Positions 19,444-28,604 of a DNA stretch of 64,000 bases are shown piece by piece. Source of the DNA: Dehalococcoidia bacterium (GTDB lineage: Bacteria > Chloroflexota > Dehalococcoidia > Lucifugimonadales > GCA-2712585). A program made the translations under genes and the position numbers. The notes beneath the pieces were generated by a model. It was not told the origin of the DNA, did not search any database, and saw nothing but the letters and a program-made list of their open reading frames with translations. Where the stretch lies: positions 1,189,524 through 1,253,523 of the forward strand of contig OZ250180.1 in assembly GCA_965238215.1 (NCBI GenBank). Direction: 5' to 3'. The stretch's first letter is position 1; each line of letters begins with the position of its first letter.

Positions 19444-20811
19444 TTAGGGGTTGATGGTATATTCGACGGCGACGATTTGGGCCTGAAGGGTATAGGGATT
19501 GGTGAACACCAGCTGGTGAGTTCCGGTAGCTTTTACTTGAACCGCAACATAGTTGTCTTCCAATGCCTCTACCTCGAGAAGTAGTTCGTCTAGGGGACCC
19601 AGGATCACGAACTCTACATTGCCCGGAGCATAACCGCCAGTCGTAGCCCCAACCGCAGAATAGGAAACTTTCAGCGTATCGCCAGCGTTCAGGTCCAACT
19701 GAATCAGTTCCGAAACTTGGGCTATGATGAACAGTTCTTCGGAGCCGGAGATGGGGGTGGAGAGGCCGACAGTCTCAATCGGGGCCGTCGTGGAGCCGGA
19801 GTCCGTGCTGCCGTCTAGGCTGACGGTGGAAGCGGGGGTTGCCATGGCTGTAGGGGCTGCTGCCGAGGGAAAGATGTAGTAGTCGACGAGGACAGCAAGG
19901 CCCTGAAGGCGAGCGGGATTGGTGAACACGAGTTGGTGGGTCCCGGCAATCGCCACCTGCACTTCAACGGAGTTCTCTTCCTGTGCCTTCACTTCTAGGA
20001 GCCGCTCTTTAAGGGGATCCAGGATCACAAGCTCTACGGGCAGGGGATTCGAAGTCTTGTTGCCGGTCACGGCCCCATGTCCAGTGTAGGACACTGTCAA
20101 GTTATCGCCAGCGTTCAGATCCAACTCAAACAGTTCTGTCTTTTGGTATGTGATGAATAGTATCTCGTCGCCGGAGATGGAGGCGGATAGGCCGACAGCC
20201 TGAGTGGGGGGCGTCGTGTAGGCAGGGTCCGTGCTGCCGTCTAGGCTGACGGTGGAAGCGGGGGTCGCCATGGCTGTAGGGGCTGCTGCCGAGGGAAAGA
20301 TGTAGTAGTCTACGAGGACAGCAAGGCCCTGAAGGCGGGCGGGATTGGTGAACACGAGTCGGTAGATCCCTGAAATCTCCACCTGCACTTCAACGGAGTT
20401 CTCTTCCTGTGCCTTCACTTCTAGGAGCCGCTCTTTAAGGGGATCCAGGATTACAAACTCTACGGGCAGGAGAAGGGGAATATCCCTGTTGCTGGTCACG
20501 CCCCCCGACCCAACGTAGGAGACCGTCAAGGTATCACCAGCGTTCAAGTCCAACTCAATCAGTTCCGACTCTTGGGCTATCATGAACAGCTCCTCGGAAC
20601 CGGAGCTGGGAGCGGAGAGGCCCTCGCCTTCGTTAGGAAGCGTCGCAGACCCGGAATCCGTACTGCCGCCTTGAGTGACGGTGGAAGCGGGGGTTGCCAT
20701 GGCCGTTGGCGCTGCAGTCGGGGTATTGGCATACTTGTTGCTATCGCAGGCTGTGAGCGCCGAGACGCACAATAGCGTAATGACGAGTAGCGTTAAGAAG
20801 GGAGACCTCAT
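19444..20811 (-). CDS. Lipoprotein with three tandem copies of an unassigned ~110-aa beta-rich domain separated by AAPTAMATPASTV linkers
   Basis: Signal/lipobox MRSPFLTLLVITLLCVSALTAC. Alternative upstream start at 20877 (track ORF). The three ~141-aa repeats are visible in the protein and as a ~424-bp DNA periodicity. Confidence 0.75.
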   Translation of the reverse strand: MRSPFLTLLVITLLCVSALTACDSNKYANTPTAAPTAMATPASTVTQGGSTDSGSATLPNEGEGLSAPSSGSEELFMIAQESELIELDLNAGDTLTVSYVGSGGVTSNRDIPLLLPVEFVILDPLKERLLEVKAQEENSVEVQVEISGIYRLVFTNPARLQGLAVLVDYYIFPSAAAPTAMATPASTVSLDGSTDPAYTTPPTQAVGLSASISGDEILFITYQKTELFELDLNAGDNLTVSYTGHGAVTGNKTSNPLPVELVILDPLKERLLEVKAQEENSVEVQVAIAGTHQLVFTNPARLQGLAVLVDYYIFPSAAAPTAMATPASTVSLDGSTDSGSTTAPIETVGLSTPISGSEELFIIAQVSELIQLDLNAGDTLKVSYSAVGATTGGYAPGNVEFVILGPLDELLLEVEALEDNYVAVQVKATGTHQLVFTNPYTLQAQIVAVEYTINP

Positions 20812-21082
20812 GAGGGGACTAGCCCGTGTTGCCGGGCTGCGGCGATATTCGGCAAATAGACGCATATTCTTATTCAACTTCTACGTCAGGGGTTTTGGAC
20901 CTATTGGGGAAGATATGTTTTCCATTTCTGATTGTCAACCAGATCGACCTGTGTGGTAGCGTAATCCTTGAGTGTGCAAGAGAGAGGCCATGCCGCAGGA
21001 ACCACGAGGTTCTTCACGGGGCCTCAGACTTACCATGGTTTGCGAAGGCCGCGTAAAGGGATGAAAGTGGACTTGGGGACGA

Positions 21083-21380
21083 GGGCGGGTTTGAAACCCG
21101 CCTCTACGGGAGATTGGGGTTGCGTGGGATGGATTCCCACCGCCGTCTTCATCGTGGGCAGGCTCTTCGCGGGGGATGTGGGAGGTGCGGATGGATTCCC
21201 GCATCCGGAGACCTTTGCATAACCATCATTCCGGCCCCGAGCCAGAATCCAGAGGAGGGGATTTAGGATTGAACCCCATGCCTATTCTGTCCAATATGGT
21301 CTCTCACTAGCAGTTATGCAAAGGTCTCCATCCGCGGGAATAACGGAGGGGAGGGCGGTTCGGTAACCTTCCCTACGGAA
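21083..21380. repeat. Repeat cluster with MITE-like copy D3 (21190-21346, internal part inverted relative to D1)
   Basis: GGAGACCTTTGCATAAC...GTTATGCAAAGGTCTCC flanked on both sides by ATCC inside a GATGGATTCCCGC/GCGGGAATAACGG hairpin. Confidence 0.85.
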
Positions 21381-21634
21381 TGGATTGGGGACCGGCGTCA
21401 AATGTACTTGTAGAGTCTATCGTCAGTAGTAATGACCTGTAAGTAGGGGTGTAGTGTGGGCATGGAAGATGAAGGAATGGAGAAGGCAAATTACCGCGCT
21501 AGCGGGAAACGCCTACTGGGATCGAAGAGCTGGCGGTGAGCGCCGCCCTTCATTAGGAAGGCGGCGGGTAGAAAGGAAGAGGCCCCAGTGTGTCGCCGGG
21601 GCCTGGATCTGTGCTTGGGGAGGGTTAGAGGGGG

Positions 21635-22240
21635 TTAGGGGCTGATGGTGTACTCCAAGGGAACCCTAACGGCCTGAAGTCGGAAGGGGTTGGAGAACAC
21701 CATCTGATATGTTCCTGTGAGTTCCGCCTGAAACTCAACGGTGTTGCTCGACATCTTTTCCACATCTAGTATATGTTCCCCAATGGGGTCGATAACAGTA
21801 AGGGCCACTTCTCCGGTCGCCGTACCTGCCCCTCCTCGTGCTCCCTCGCCTCCGGTGGTGATGCCTCCTGTGCTGGCCCCAATAGCGGAGTAGGTGGCGC
21901 TAACGGTGTCCCCGGCTGTGAGATTTAGTTCAACAGATTCGAAATCCAAGGAAGTAATAAAAAGCTCTACAGCGTCGGAGCCGGTGGTTGGGGCGGGCCC
22001 GGAGACTGCAGGAGCCTGGGTGGGAGTGGATGCGCCGTTGCCGGAGGCGGTGGGGGCTTGGGCTGTGGTCACCGGGGTCTGAGCGGCACCGCCGTCATCA
22101 TCGCTGCCGCCGCCACACGCGGTCAGGGCAGAAAGGGCTATAAGGACAATAGTAATCGCGACCAGCGGCAGGAATCTTTGAAGGGTTGCTGCGGTAGTTC
22201 TGAAGTTGGAGTGGCTGGGGACTTGGAGTTTGGATCGCAT
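21635..22240 (-). CDS. Lipoprotein with a single copy of the same ~110-aa domain
   Basis: Lipobox LTAC. The C-terminal domain ELFITSLDFESVELNLTAGDTVSATYS...TGTYQMVFSNPFRLQAVRVPLEYTISP aligns with the repeats of 19444..20811. Confidence 0.75.
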   Translation of the reverse strand: MRSKLQVPSHSNFRTTAATLQRFLPLVAITIVLIALSALTACGGGSDDDGGAAQTPVTTAQAPTASGNGASTPTQAPAVSGPAPTTGSDAVELFITSLDFESVELNLTAGDTVSATYSAIGASTGGITTGGEGARGGAGTATGEVALTVIDPIGEHILDVEKMSSNTVEFQAELTGTYQMVFSNPFRLQAVRVPLEYTISP

Positions 22241-22342
22241 CTCTCTCAGGTTCTCCTCAGAGCAAGGGATAAAATAGCAAGATTAAATGTTATGCGTTTC
22301 GCCTTTTTCTGTCAAGCAACGGGTTAGGGATGACTACAGGTT

Positions 22343-22377
22343 AGAAAATCCGAGGCCCCCGAATTCGGGGGCCTCGG
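22343..22377 (-). terminator. Rho-independent terminator downstream of the binding-protein gene
   Basis: Perfect palindrome CCGAGGCCCCCGAATTCGGGGGCCTCGG followed on the minus strand by ATTTTCT. Confidence 0.7.
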
Positions 22378-22411
22378 ACAGTTTCGCCTTTTTCCGGAAG
22401 TAGGGATTAGC

Positions 22412-24421
22412 CTACTTGTAGACGGGCTGGGTGTGCTCGTGGTAGCGGACAGGTCCCATGTGAAGCATGTTGACCTCATACTCTTGCACCACTCCGGGGT
22501 TGACCGCGGCTTCAGCGTAGACCCAAACGAGGGGTATGCTGTAGTGGCCTTCCAGCCAAGCTTCTGCGAAGTCTTGAGCTGCCTCACGCCGTTCAACGAG
22601 ATTGGTAATGTTGGCGCAGCGGAAGTACAACTCAGAGGCTGCCGGCCATTCGCGGTATGCCTGACCAAGCTCCCAGACCATGGAGTATGTAATGGCGTTA
22701 CAGGGCGGGTCCAAGGACGGGGAAGCGGACCAAATCCAGTTGCCGCCGTTGTGGGACGGGTCACGGGTCTTGGCGCGGAAGGAGCCGAAGCTGTCGGAGG
22801 TATCAAGCTTGGCAGTGATTCCGACCTGGCTCAAGTAAACTATGACCTGCTCACAGATGTCCGGCCATTCGGGAACGACCTTGTGGGTCAAGAGGCAGTC
22901 GAGGGTAGTCTCGAAGCCGTCGGGATAGCCAGCCTCAGCCAGGAGGGCCCGCGCCTGTGCCGGGTCTCCATCGCCGGGGTACGGCCAGCCGCCGTCAGCG
23001 CCGGTCTCGCCGTTAGGACCAGGGAAGGGAGTCCACTCTTCTTTGAAGTCATCACGCCACGGCGGGAAGTAGTCGACGAGGGGGAAGCCGAGGCCCTGGT
23101 AGAAGACGTTGTTAATCTCGTTACGGTTGATGGCCAGGTTCATGGCGTGGCGAACCCTGGCGTCCCTAATGGGGGCTTCCTGGGTCACGTTTTCCCTGGG
23201 GCCACACTCGTGGTTGCCCTGCCCCGGAGGAGGCGAGGCGCTGGAGGAGGCGCTGAAGGGGCTGTAGGTAGAACCGTCATCGGAGCAGAAAGACTGATCT
23301 CTGAAGTGGACGATTCCAAAGCCCTGGTGGATGCTGGGAAGGGTGCTCCGGTAGGTCTTGAAGCCTGCGCCTTCGATGGTCCCACGCTGGGTGCGAACGA
23401 GGGGGATGATGTCCGCCTCATAAGCAAACAACTGGGCCTGTCGGGTGCCGGCCTCTTGCACCTGTTTGATCTCGAGTTCGTGGAACTCAGGCGTGACGCG
23501 CCAGTGGTTTTCCACACGCTCGTGGAGGTAGGCGCCGTTGGTCTCGGATAAGATGTAGCTCCAAGGGCCGTTGCCTACGGGGTCGACCTGATAGCCAGGC
23601 TCACCGCCAACGTCGTCCCAGTGGTCGCGGCTCATGATGCCGGTGGACCACTCGTCCGAGAGCAGGAAGGCAGCGTCGAGATTGACCTTGGGAAGGTTCA
23701 ACGTGATGTCGTAATCGGTGTTAGCTACCCAGTCCACAGGGTTACCGAAGTAGGAGTTGTAGCGGCCTGGGCTGCGGGCCAACTTCGTGCTCAAATCCGG
23801 ATCGCCGGCCTCTCCGATTTGAAGGTCGAGCATCATGAACACGTCTTTGGCGCTGAACGTATAGTCGTTAAGCGGCTTTGCGAACTTATAGAAAGGCACG
23901 CCCTCTGCGAGGGTGAAGTGCCAAGTCTTGCCGTCGGACTCAACTTCCCAGAAAGTGGCAAGCTGTGGCTCTTCCACATTGCTCTTGATGTTACGGCCAA
24001 TCATGTGGCTGTAGATGGGCATGAGCTTTTCAGAAACCTGGCTCATGGGATAGGGGATGGTGAACTGCTCGTTGCCCGGAGGGAGGGAAACTCTCAGCCT
24101 GGGCTGAACCGGCTCCGGCGCCATCATAGCGGTTGGCGCCATGGTGGGCGCAGCGGTGGGCCTAGGGGTAGCCGCAGCCGTCGCCCTAGGCGCAGCCGTG
24201 GGCGCCATGGTAGCCGCAGGCGCGGCAGTGGGCGCCATGGTAGCCGCAGGCGCGGCCGTGGGCGCCATCGTAGGAGCAGGCGCTGCCGTGGCCGCCGCGG
24301 TAGCAGGCGCTTCGGTTTCGTCTTCGCCGCCGCAGGCCACGATGACCAGCGTCAAAGCCAATGCCAAAGCAAGCAGCCCAAACAGCCCTCCTCCTCTAAG
24401 ATTTTTCTTGAAACCTTTCAT
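22412..24421 (-). CDS. ABC transporter substrate-binding lipoprotein, family 5 (peptide/nickel type)
   Basis: Lipobox LVIVAC. Low-complexity MAPTAAPAAT x3 linker (30-bp DNA repeats near 24170-24290). Large SBP_bac_5-like body. Confidence 0.85.
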   Translation of the reverse strand: MKGFKKNLRGGGLFGLLALALALTLVIVACGGEDETEAPATAAATAAPAPTMAPTAAPAATMAPTAAPAATMAPTAAPRATAAATPRPTAAPTMAPTAMMAPEPVQPRLRVSLPPGNEQFTIPYPMSQVSEKLMPIYSHMIGRNIKSNVEEPQLATFWEVESDGKTWHFTLAEGVPFYKFAKPLNDYTFSAKDVFMMLDLQIGEAGDPDLSTKLARSPGRYNSYFGNPVDWVANTDYDITLNLPKVNLDAAFLLSDEWSTGIMSRDHWDDVGGEPGYQVDPVGNGPWSYILSETNGAYLHERVENHWRVTPEFHELEIKQVQEAGTRQAQLFAYEADIIPLVRTQRGTIEGAGFKTYRSTLPSIHQGFGIVHFRDQSFCSDDGSTYSPFSASSSASPPPGQGNHECGPRENVTQEAPIRDARVRHAMNLAINRNEINNVFYQGLGFPLVDYFPPWRDDFKEEWTPFPGPNGETGADGGWPYPGDGDPAQARALLAEAGYPDGFETTLDCLLTHKVVPEWPDICEQVIVYLSQVGITAKLDTSDSFGSFRAKTRDPSHNGGNWIWSASPSLDPPCNAITYSMVWELGQAYREWPAASELYFRCANITNLVERREAAQDFAEAWLEGHYSIPLVWVYAEAAVNPGVVQEYEVNMLHMGPVRYHEHTQPVYK

Positions 24422-24839
24422 AACTTACCCCCAAGCATAATTTGCGCCAAGACGCTACTCTGCGCATCCCGGCGTGAGTGAAGGGATTCTAAAGGAATAT
24501 CTTGGGGATTGTCAATACCTAACGTCGCAAGGCAAAGAGACGGCTTGGCATTGGTTTTCCCGCGTTTTTGGGCTTGTGGTTGGCGCGGGCGTGCAGGGAA
24601 GGCGGTGGACATTCGGAACGGTTGCATTTGAGGGCCGGCGGCGGGGCGCTTCTAGGATTCCGCCGGCCCCGTGGATAAGGAGAGCGGCCAAGGGAGGCAA
24701 TGCTACACCTCTCTCCATCGTTCCCAGCAGTGCCATTTTGAGCGCGTCGAAGTACCTTGCTATTGGGTCCCACGCCCCCTTTACCGGGCAAAGCCTCTCC
24801 GCTAAGGTAGGCCCCAACTACCTCTAAAGGAGGACAGCG

Positions 24840-25718
24840 ATGAAGGTACATCTCATCGACGGTACGTACGAGCTTTTTCGGAGCTACTTCGCCATGCCTT
24901 CCCTCGCCGCTCCCGACGGTCGAGAGGTTGGCGCCGTTAGGGGTTTCATACAAACAACCCTTGCTCTTCTTCGCACCCGGAACGTCACCCACGTAGGCTG
25001 CGCCTTCGACCACGAAATCACCTCCTTTCGGAACGAGATGTTCGAAGGCTACAAGACGGGCGAGGAGGTTGCGGAGGAGCTTCTGGCCCAGTTTCCGCTG
25101 GCGGAGGAGGCCGCTGCCGCTCTCGGACTGGTGGTGTGGCCCATGATCGAGTTCGAGGCGGACGACGCCATCGCAACCGCCGCAGCCAAGGTCCTTGATC
25201 ATCCAGAGGTTGAGCAGGTTGTAATCTGTACGCCGGACAAGGACTTGGCCCAAATGGTGCAGGGGGAGAGGGCTGTCTGCCTCGATCGCCGCAAGGACGC
25301 GATAATTGATGAAGCGGCCGTGGAGGCGAAGTTCGGGGTGTCTCCCCAATCCATACCGGACTACCTGGCGCTGGTGGGGGACGCTGCCGACGGCATTCCG
25401 GGGATTGCCCGTTGGGGCGCGAAGTCCACGGCCCAAGCTCTACAACGCTATAAGAGAATCGAAGATATGCCCCTGGATGCCTCACAGTGGGACGTTCGGA
25501 TTCGCGGCCTAGCAACCATGGTCACGAATCTTGCCACGGGTTACGAGGACGCCCTCTTATATAAGAGGTTGGCGACGCTGCGGACGGACGTGCCGCTGCG
25601 GGAGGGTCTGGCAGACTTGGAATGGCGAGGTGTGAAGCGAAGGGAGTTTCAGCGTTTGTGCGACGCGCTGGGCGCACCTCGGCTGATGGGTCTTCCCCAC
25701 ATGTGGGACGAATCGTAG
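24840..25718 (+). CDS. 5'-3' exonuclease / flap endonuclease (Pol I N-terminal domain-like)
   Basis: LIDGTYELFRSYFAM, FEADDAIATAA, PDKDLAQ, GVSPQSIPDYLALVGDAADGIPG. RBS AAGGAGG. Confidence 0.88.
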   Translation: MKVHLIDGTYELFRSYFAMPSLAAPDGREVGAVRGFIQTTLALLRTRNVTHVGCAFDHEITSFRNEMFEGYKTGEEVAEELLAQFPLAEEAAAALGLVVWPMIEFEADDAIATAAAKVLDHPEVEQVVICTPDKDLAQMVQGERAVCLDRRKDAIIDEAAVEAKFGVSPQSIPDYLALVGDAADGIPGIARWGAKSTAQALQRYKRIEDMPLDASQWDVRIRGLATMVTNLATGYEDALLYKRLATLRTDVPLREGLADLEWRGVKRREFQRLCDALGAPRLMGLPHMWDES

Positions 25719-25758
25719 TGGGGGATGGGAATGAGAATGGATGGGGCGAAGGACAGGG

Positions 25759-26341
25759 GATGGATTCCCGCCCCGGTCTTCACGGGGGGGGGCAGGAATG
25801 ACGGGAAAAGGGGGCCGTGATTGGCAGCGAGATTCCCCGACTCCGCTTCACTACGCTCGGAATGACATATTGGTGGGAATGCCGGAGGGGTGTCGGCGGT
25901 TCCTGGGAAGAAGGGCGGGTTTGAAACCCGCCTCTACGGGAAGAGGGGGACGGGGGGAGGGATGGGTCCCCGCCCCCCGTCTTCACGGGGGCAGGATCTC
26001 GACGCGAGGACAACGGAGGTGGGCGGGCGCCCACGAGGGGCGGCCCTACGGGGAGAGGGATGGGTCCCCGCATCCGCGAAGGACAACGGAGGTGGGCGGG
26101 CGCCCACGAGGGACGGCCCTACGGGGAGAGGGATGGGTCCCCGCATACGCGAGCACAACGGAGGTGGGCGGGCCGCCCACGAGGGACGGCCCTACGGGGG
26201 GAGGGATGGGTCCCCGCATCCGCGAGCACAACGGAGGTGGGCGGGCGCCCACGAGGGACGGCCCTACGGGGGGAGGGATGGAACCCCGCATCCGCGAGCA
26301 CAACGGAGGTGGGCGGGCGGTTCGCGAACCGCCCCTACGGG
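25759..26341 (+). repeat. Repeat cluster ending in a 72-73-bp tandem array (unit starts at 26059, 26132, 26205, 26277; a related unit precedes them)
   Basis: Each unit is GATGGGTCCCCGCATCCGCGA(G/A)(G/C)ACAACGG plus AGGTGGGCGGGCGCCCACGAGGGACGGCCCTACGGGGAGAGG. Both halves are repeated, so there are no unique spacers. Confidence 0.9.
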
Positions 26342-26373
26342 TTGATGACGACGTAGGCGGGGTGGTCTGATTG

Positions 26374-27354
26374 CTAGGAGGTCTTCTTGTAGATCTGGAT
26401 GCGGTCGCGGCGTCCGTCCAGGACCATGATTCGGTTTTCGGCGTCTACCTGGACGGAAACTGGCTCCCGGAATTTCTTCTCTTTTTCCGCCATGTCCGGT
26501 ACGCTGGCTCGCTGATCCCAGAAGGCGGTGTTACCGCCTAGCTGGAGCTTGCCCCAGGTAGAGAGGCCGGCGTCTCCAGTCCATAAGTCCACGAAGGCGC
26601 CTTCGCTGTCAAACACCTGCACCCGGTCGTTGCCCCAGTCAGTCACGTAGATGTCGCCATCGCTGTCGACGGCCACAGACGTGGGGCGGTTGAATTCTCC
26701 CTCACCAGCGCCGGAGGAGCCGAACTTCATAAGAAACTCGCCTTGCGGGGAGAACTTCTGAATTCGGTCGTTGCGCCAGTCGGCCACGTAGACGGCGCCG
26801 GCTTGGTCAACGTTAATGCCCCAGGGGTAGTTTAGCTGACCATCGCCGCTGCCGAAGTTGCCCCAGGCCGAGACGAATTCACCATCGGCGGTGAACCGCT
26901 GGATGCGGTGATTCTCGCCGTCGGCCACCAGCAGATGCCCGTCCGACTCGAAGACAATGCCGGCGGGGCCGTGAAGCTCGCCGGGGCCGCTGCCCTTGCT
27001 GCCCCACTTGCCGAGAAACTGCCCCTCCCTGTTGAAGATGGAGATGCGGTTGAGCCACTCGTCGGAGACGAAGACCCGTCCGTCGGGGTGGCACGCTACG
27101 GAGAGGGCCCAGATGAACTGGCCGTCTTCCTCACCACGCTGGCCGAAATCCCCCAGGAATTCCTCCGACAGGTTCAGCCGGCAGACACGATGGCCCAGAA
27201 CCTGGCGCTCGGTGGTGCGGTTGAGCACGTAGATTTCGTTGTCCATGCCCAGAGAGAGGGCAATGGGCGTGCGGAATGATTCTCCCGTAACGGAACTGCG
27301 TCCGATGGTTATTTCGTAGTTGTAGGTGCGCCCTGTCTTAGCCTGCGTCGTCAT
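26374..27354 (-). CDS. NHL-repeat six-bladed beta-propeller protein
   Basis: Repeated ...G.F..P.GIA.D..G.IYVAD..N.RIQ.F motif, e.g. GDIYVTDWGNDRVQVFDSEGAF. Confidence 0.85.
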   Translation of the reverse strand: MTTQAKTGRTYNYEITIGRSSVTGESFRTPIALSLGMDNEIYVLNRTTERQVLGHRVCRLNLSEEFLGDFGQRGEEDGQFIWALSVACHPDGRVFVSDEWLNRISIFNREGQFLGKWGSKGSGPGELHGPAGIVFESDGHLLVADGENHRIQRFTADGEFVSAWGNFGSGDGQLNYPWGINVDQAGAVYVADWRNDRIQKFSPQGEFLMKFGSSGAGEGEFNRPTSVAVDSDGDIYVTDWGNDRVQVFDSEGAFVDLWTGDAGLSTWGKLQLGGNTAFWDQRASVPDMAEKEKKFREPVSVQVDAENRIMVLDGRRDRIQIYKKTS

Positions 27355-27451
27355 TCAACCCCCAACAAATAACATTTTCGAGTCCTGTGGATCTAAGAGT
27401 TCCAAGTTCGGGGCGAAGGGACTCCTCCTTCGCCCCGTCTCGCCCTGCCTT

Positions 27452-28585
27452 CTAAATTAAGTCCAACTGCTCGAAGGTTCCGCCCACACAAGGCTTTGCG
27501 TCCAAGCCCATCCACTGTTCAAGAACGGTGGAGTAGAGGCCCCGGAAGTCGTAGTTGAATTGCAAGTCGCCGTCCAGGAGCTTGTCCTCTTCGATGGAGG
27601 GGTACTCACTATAGAAGCCGCCCTTCACGGGATCTCCTATGACAATGGCCCCGCCGCCGGTGCCGTGGTCCGTGCCGGTGCCGTTGTCTCTGCAGCGGCG
27701 TCCGAACTCCGTGAACAGCACCATCACCACGTTGTCGCTGGCGCTGTGCTCCTGGAGGTCGTCGTAGAAGTCCACGAGGGCCGCGGAGAGATTCTGCCAG
27801 AGGGGTTCGTGCATGGCCAGCTCGTTGGCGTGGGTGTCGAAGTTGCCGACCTCCGTGTAGATGACCCTGGTTCCCATGTTGGCCAGGTGCACCTGCGCCG
27901 CGCCCCGGAGGCTTTGGCCTATGGGCGTGTTGGCGTACTCGACGGAGGAGGAATACTTGGCAGGCGCGGTCTTCAGGATGTCGGCCCCCTTGAGGATGTC
28001 CGAACCGGTCTGGCTGAGATAGTCCATGACGTAGCCTGTGCCAACGGTGGGGCCGTACATGCGGGCGAAGATTTCCAAGGCCTGGTCCCGCTCGCGCTGG
28101 GGCGTAATGCCCGTTAACACGCCGTAGCGCTCCAGCTCCATGACGGAGGCGACGGGCACGCCGGGAAGGGCCATGGCTCGCGGGAGGCCGGGGCCGAAAT
28201 TGACGCCCGTAAGGACGTTCTCGCCCTGGGGGTCTATCTCGCGGATGGCCCGGCCCAGCCAACCCTCCGTGCCCATCTTGTCGGGCTCGGCGGTGTGCCA
28301 GACGTCCATTGAGCGGAAGTGGGAGCGGTTGCAACTCTCGAAACCGACGCCGTGGACGAGGGCCATCTTGCCCGTGTCCCAGAATTTTTCCTTCAGTGGC
28401 GCCAGGTTGGGGTTGAACCCCAAGTCATCGTCTATGGGGATTACATCCTCCTGGGGGATGCCGATGTTGGGCCGGTAGTCCTGGTACAGCCCATTGTTGT
28501 AGGGGATGATGGTGTTAAGGTAATCGTTGCCGCCGGAAAGCTGCACAACCACCAGAACGGGGTCTTTCGTCTTTGTATCGGCCAT
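27452..28585 (-). CDS. DUF1501 domain protein (sulfatase-fold)
   Basis: VVVQLSGGNDYLNT, FDTHANE, TEFGRR, GTDHGTGG motifs. The start at 28585 follows AGGAGG. The track ORF start at 28753 overlaps the upstream gene. Confidence 0.85.
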   Translation of the reverse strand: MADTKTKDPVLVVVQLSGGNDYLNTIIPYNNGLYQDYRPNIGIPQEDVIPIDDDLGFNPNLAPLKEKFWDTGKMALVHGVGFESCNRSHFRSMDVWHTAEPDKMGTEGWLGRAIREIDPQGENVLTGVNFGPGLPRAMALPGVPVASVMELERYGVLTGITPQRERDQALEIFARMYGPTVGTGYVMDYLSQTGSDILKGADILKTAPAKYSSSVEYANTPIGQSLRGAAQVHLANMGTRVIYTEVGNFDTHANELAMHEPLWQNLSAALVDFYDDLQEHSASDNVVMVLFTEFGRRCRDNGTGTDHGTGGGAIVIGDPVKGGFYSEYPSIEEDKLLDGDLQFNYDFRGLYSTVLEQWMGLDAKPCVGGTFEQLDLI

Positions 28586-28604
28586 TGTCTTCCTCCTAAT
28601 GGTG

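Noticed and set aside
26059-26349. Possible CRISPR array, because of a regular 72-73-bp periodicity with a ~30-nt conserved hairpin-containing segment.
   Set aside because: The would-be spacers are themselves repeated almost identically in every unit (GGTGGGCGGGCGCCCACGAGGGACGGCCCTACGG). Both halves are members of repeat families scattered throughout the window, and no cas genes are nearby.
25741-26370. Track ORFs of 100-210 aa lying inside repeat clusters. Examples: 25741..26370, 25890..26345, 13677..14195, 13447..13872, 35921..36463, 10907..11266, 8156..8458, 55356..55814.
   Set aside because: Their translations are concatenations of repeat-unit peptides ([38 protein letters not shown]). 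They are open in several frames and on both strands, and they have no start context. They are translated REP DNA.
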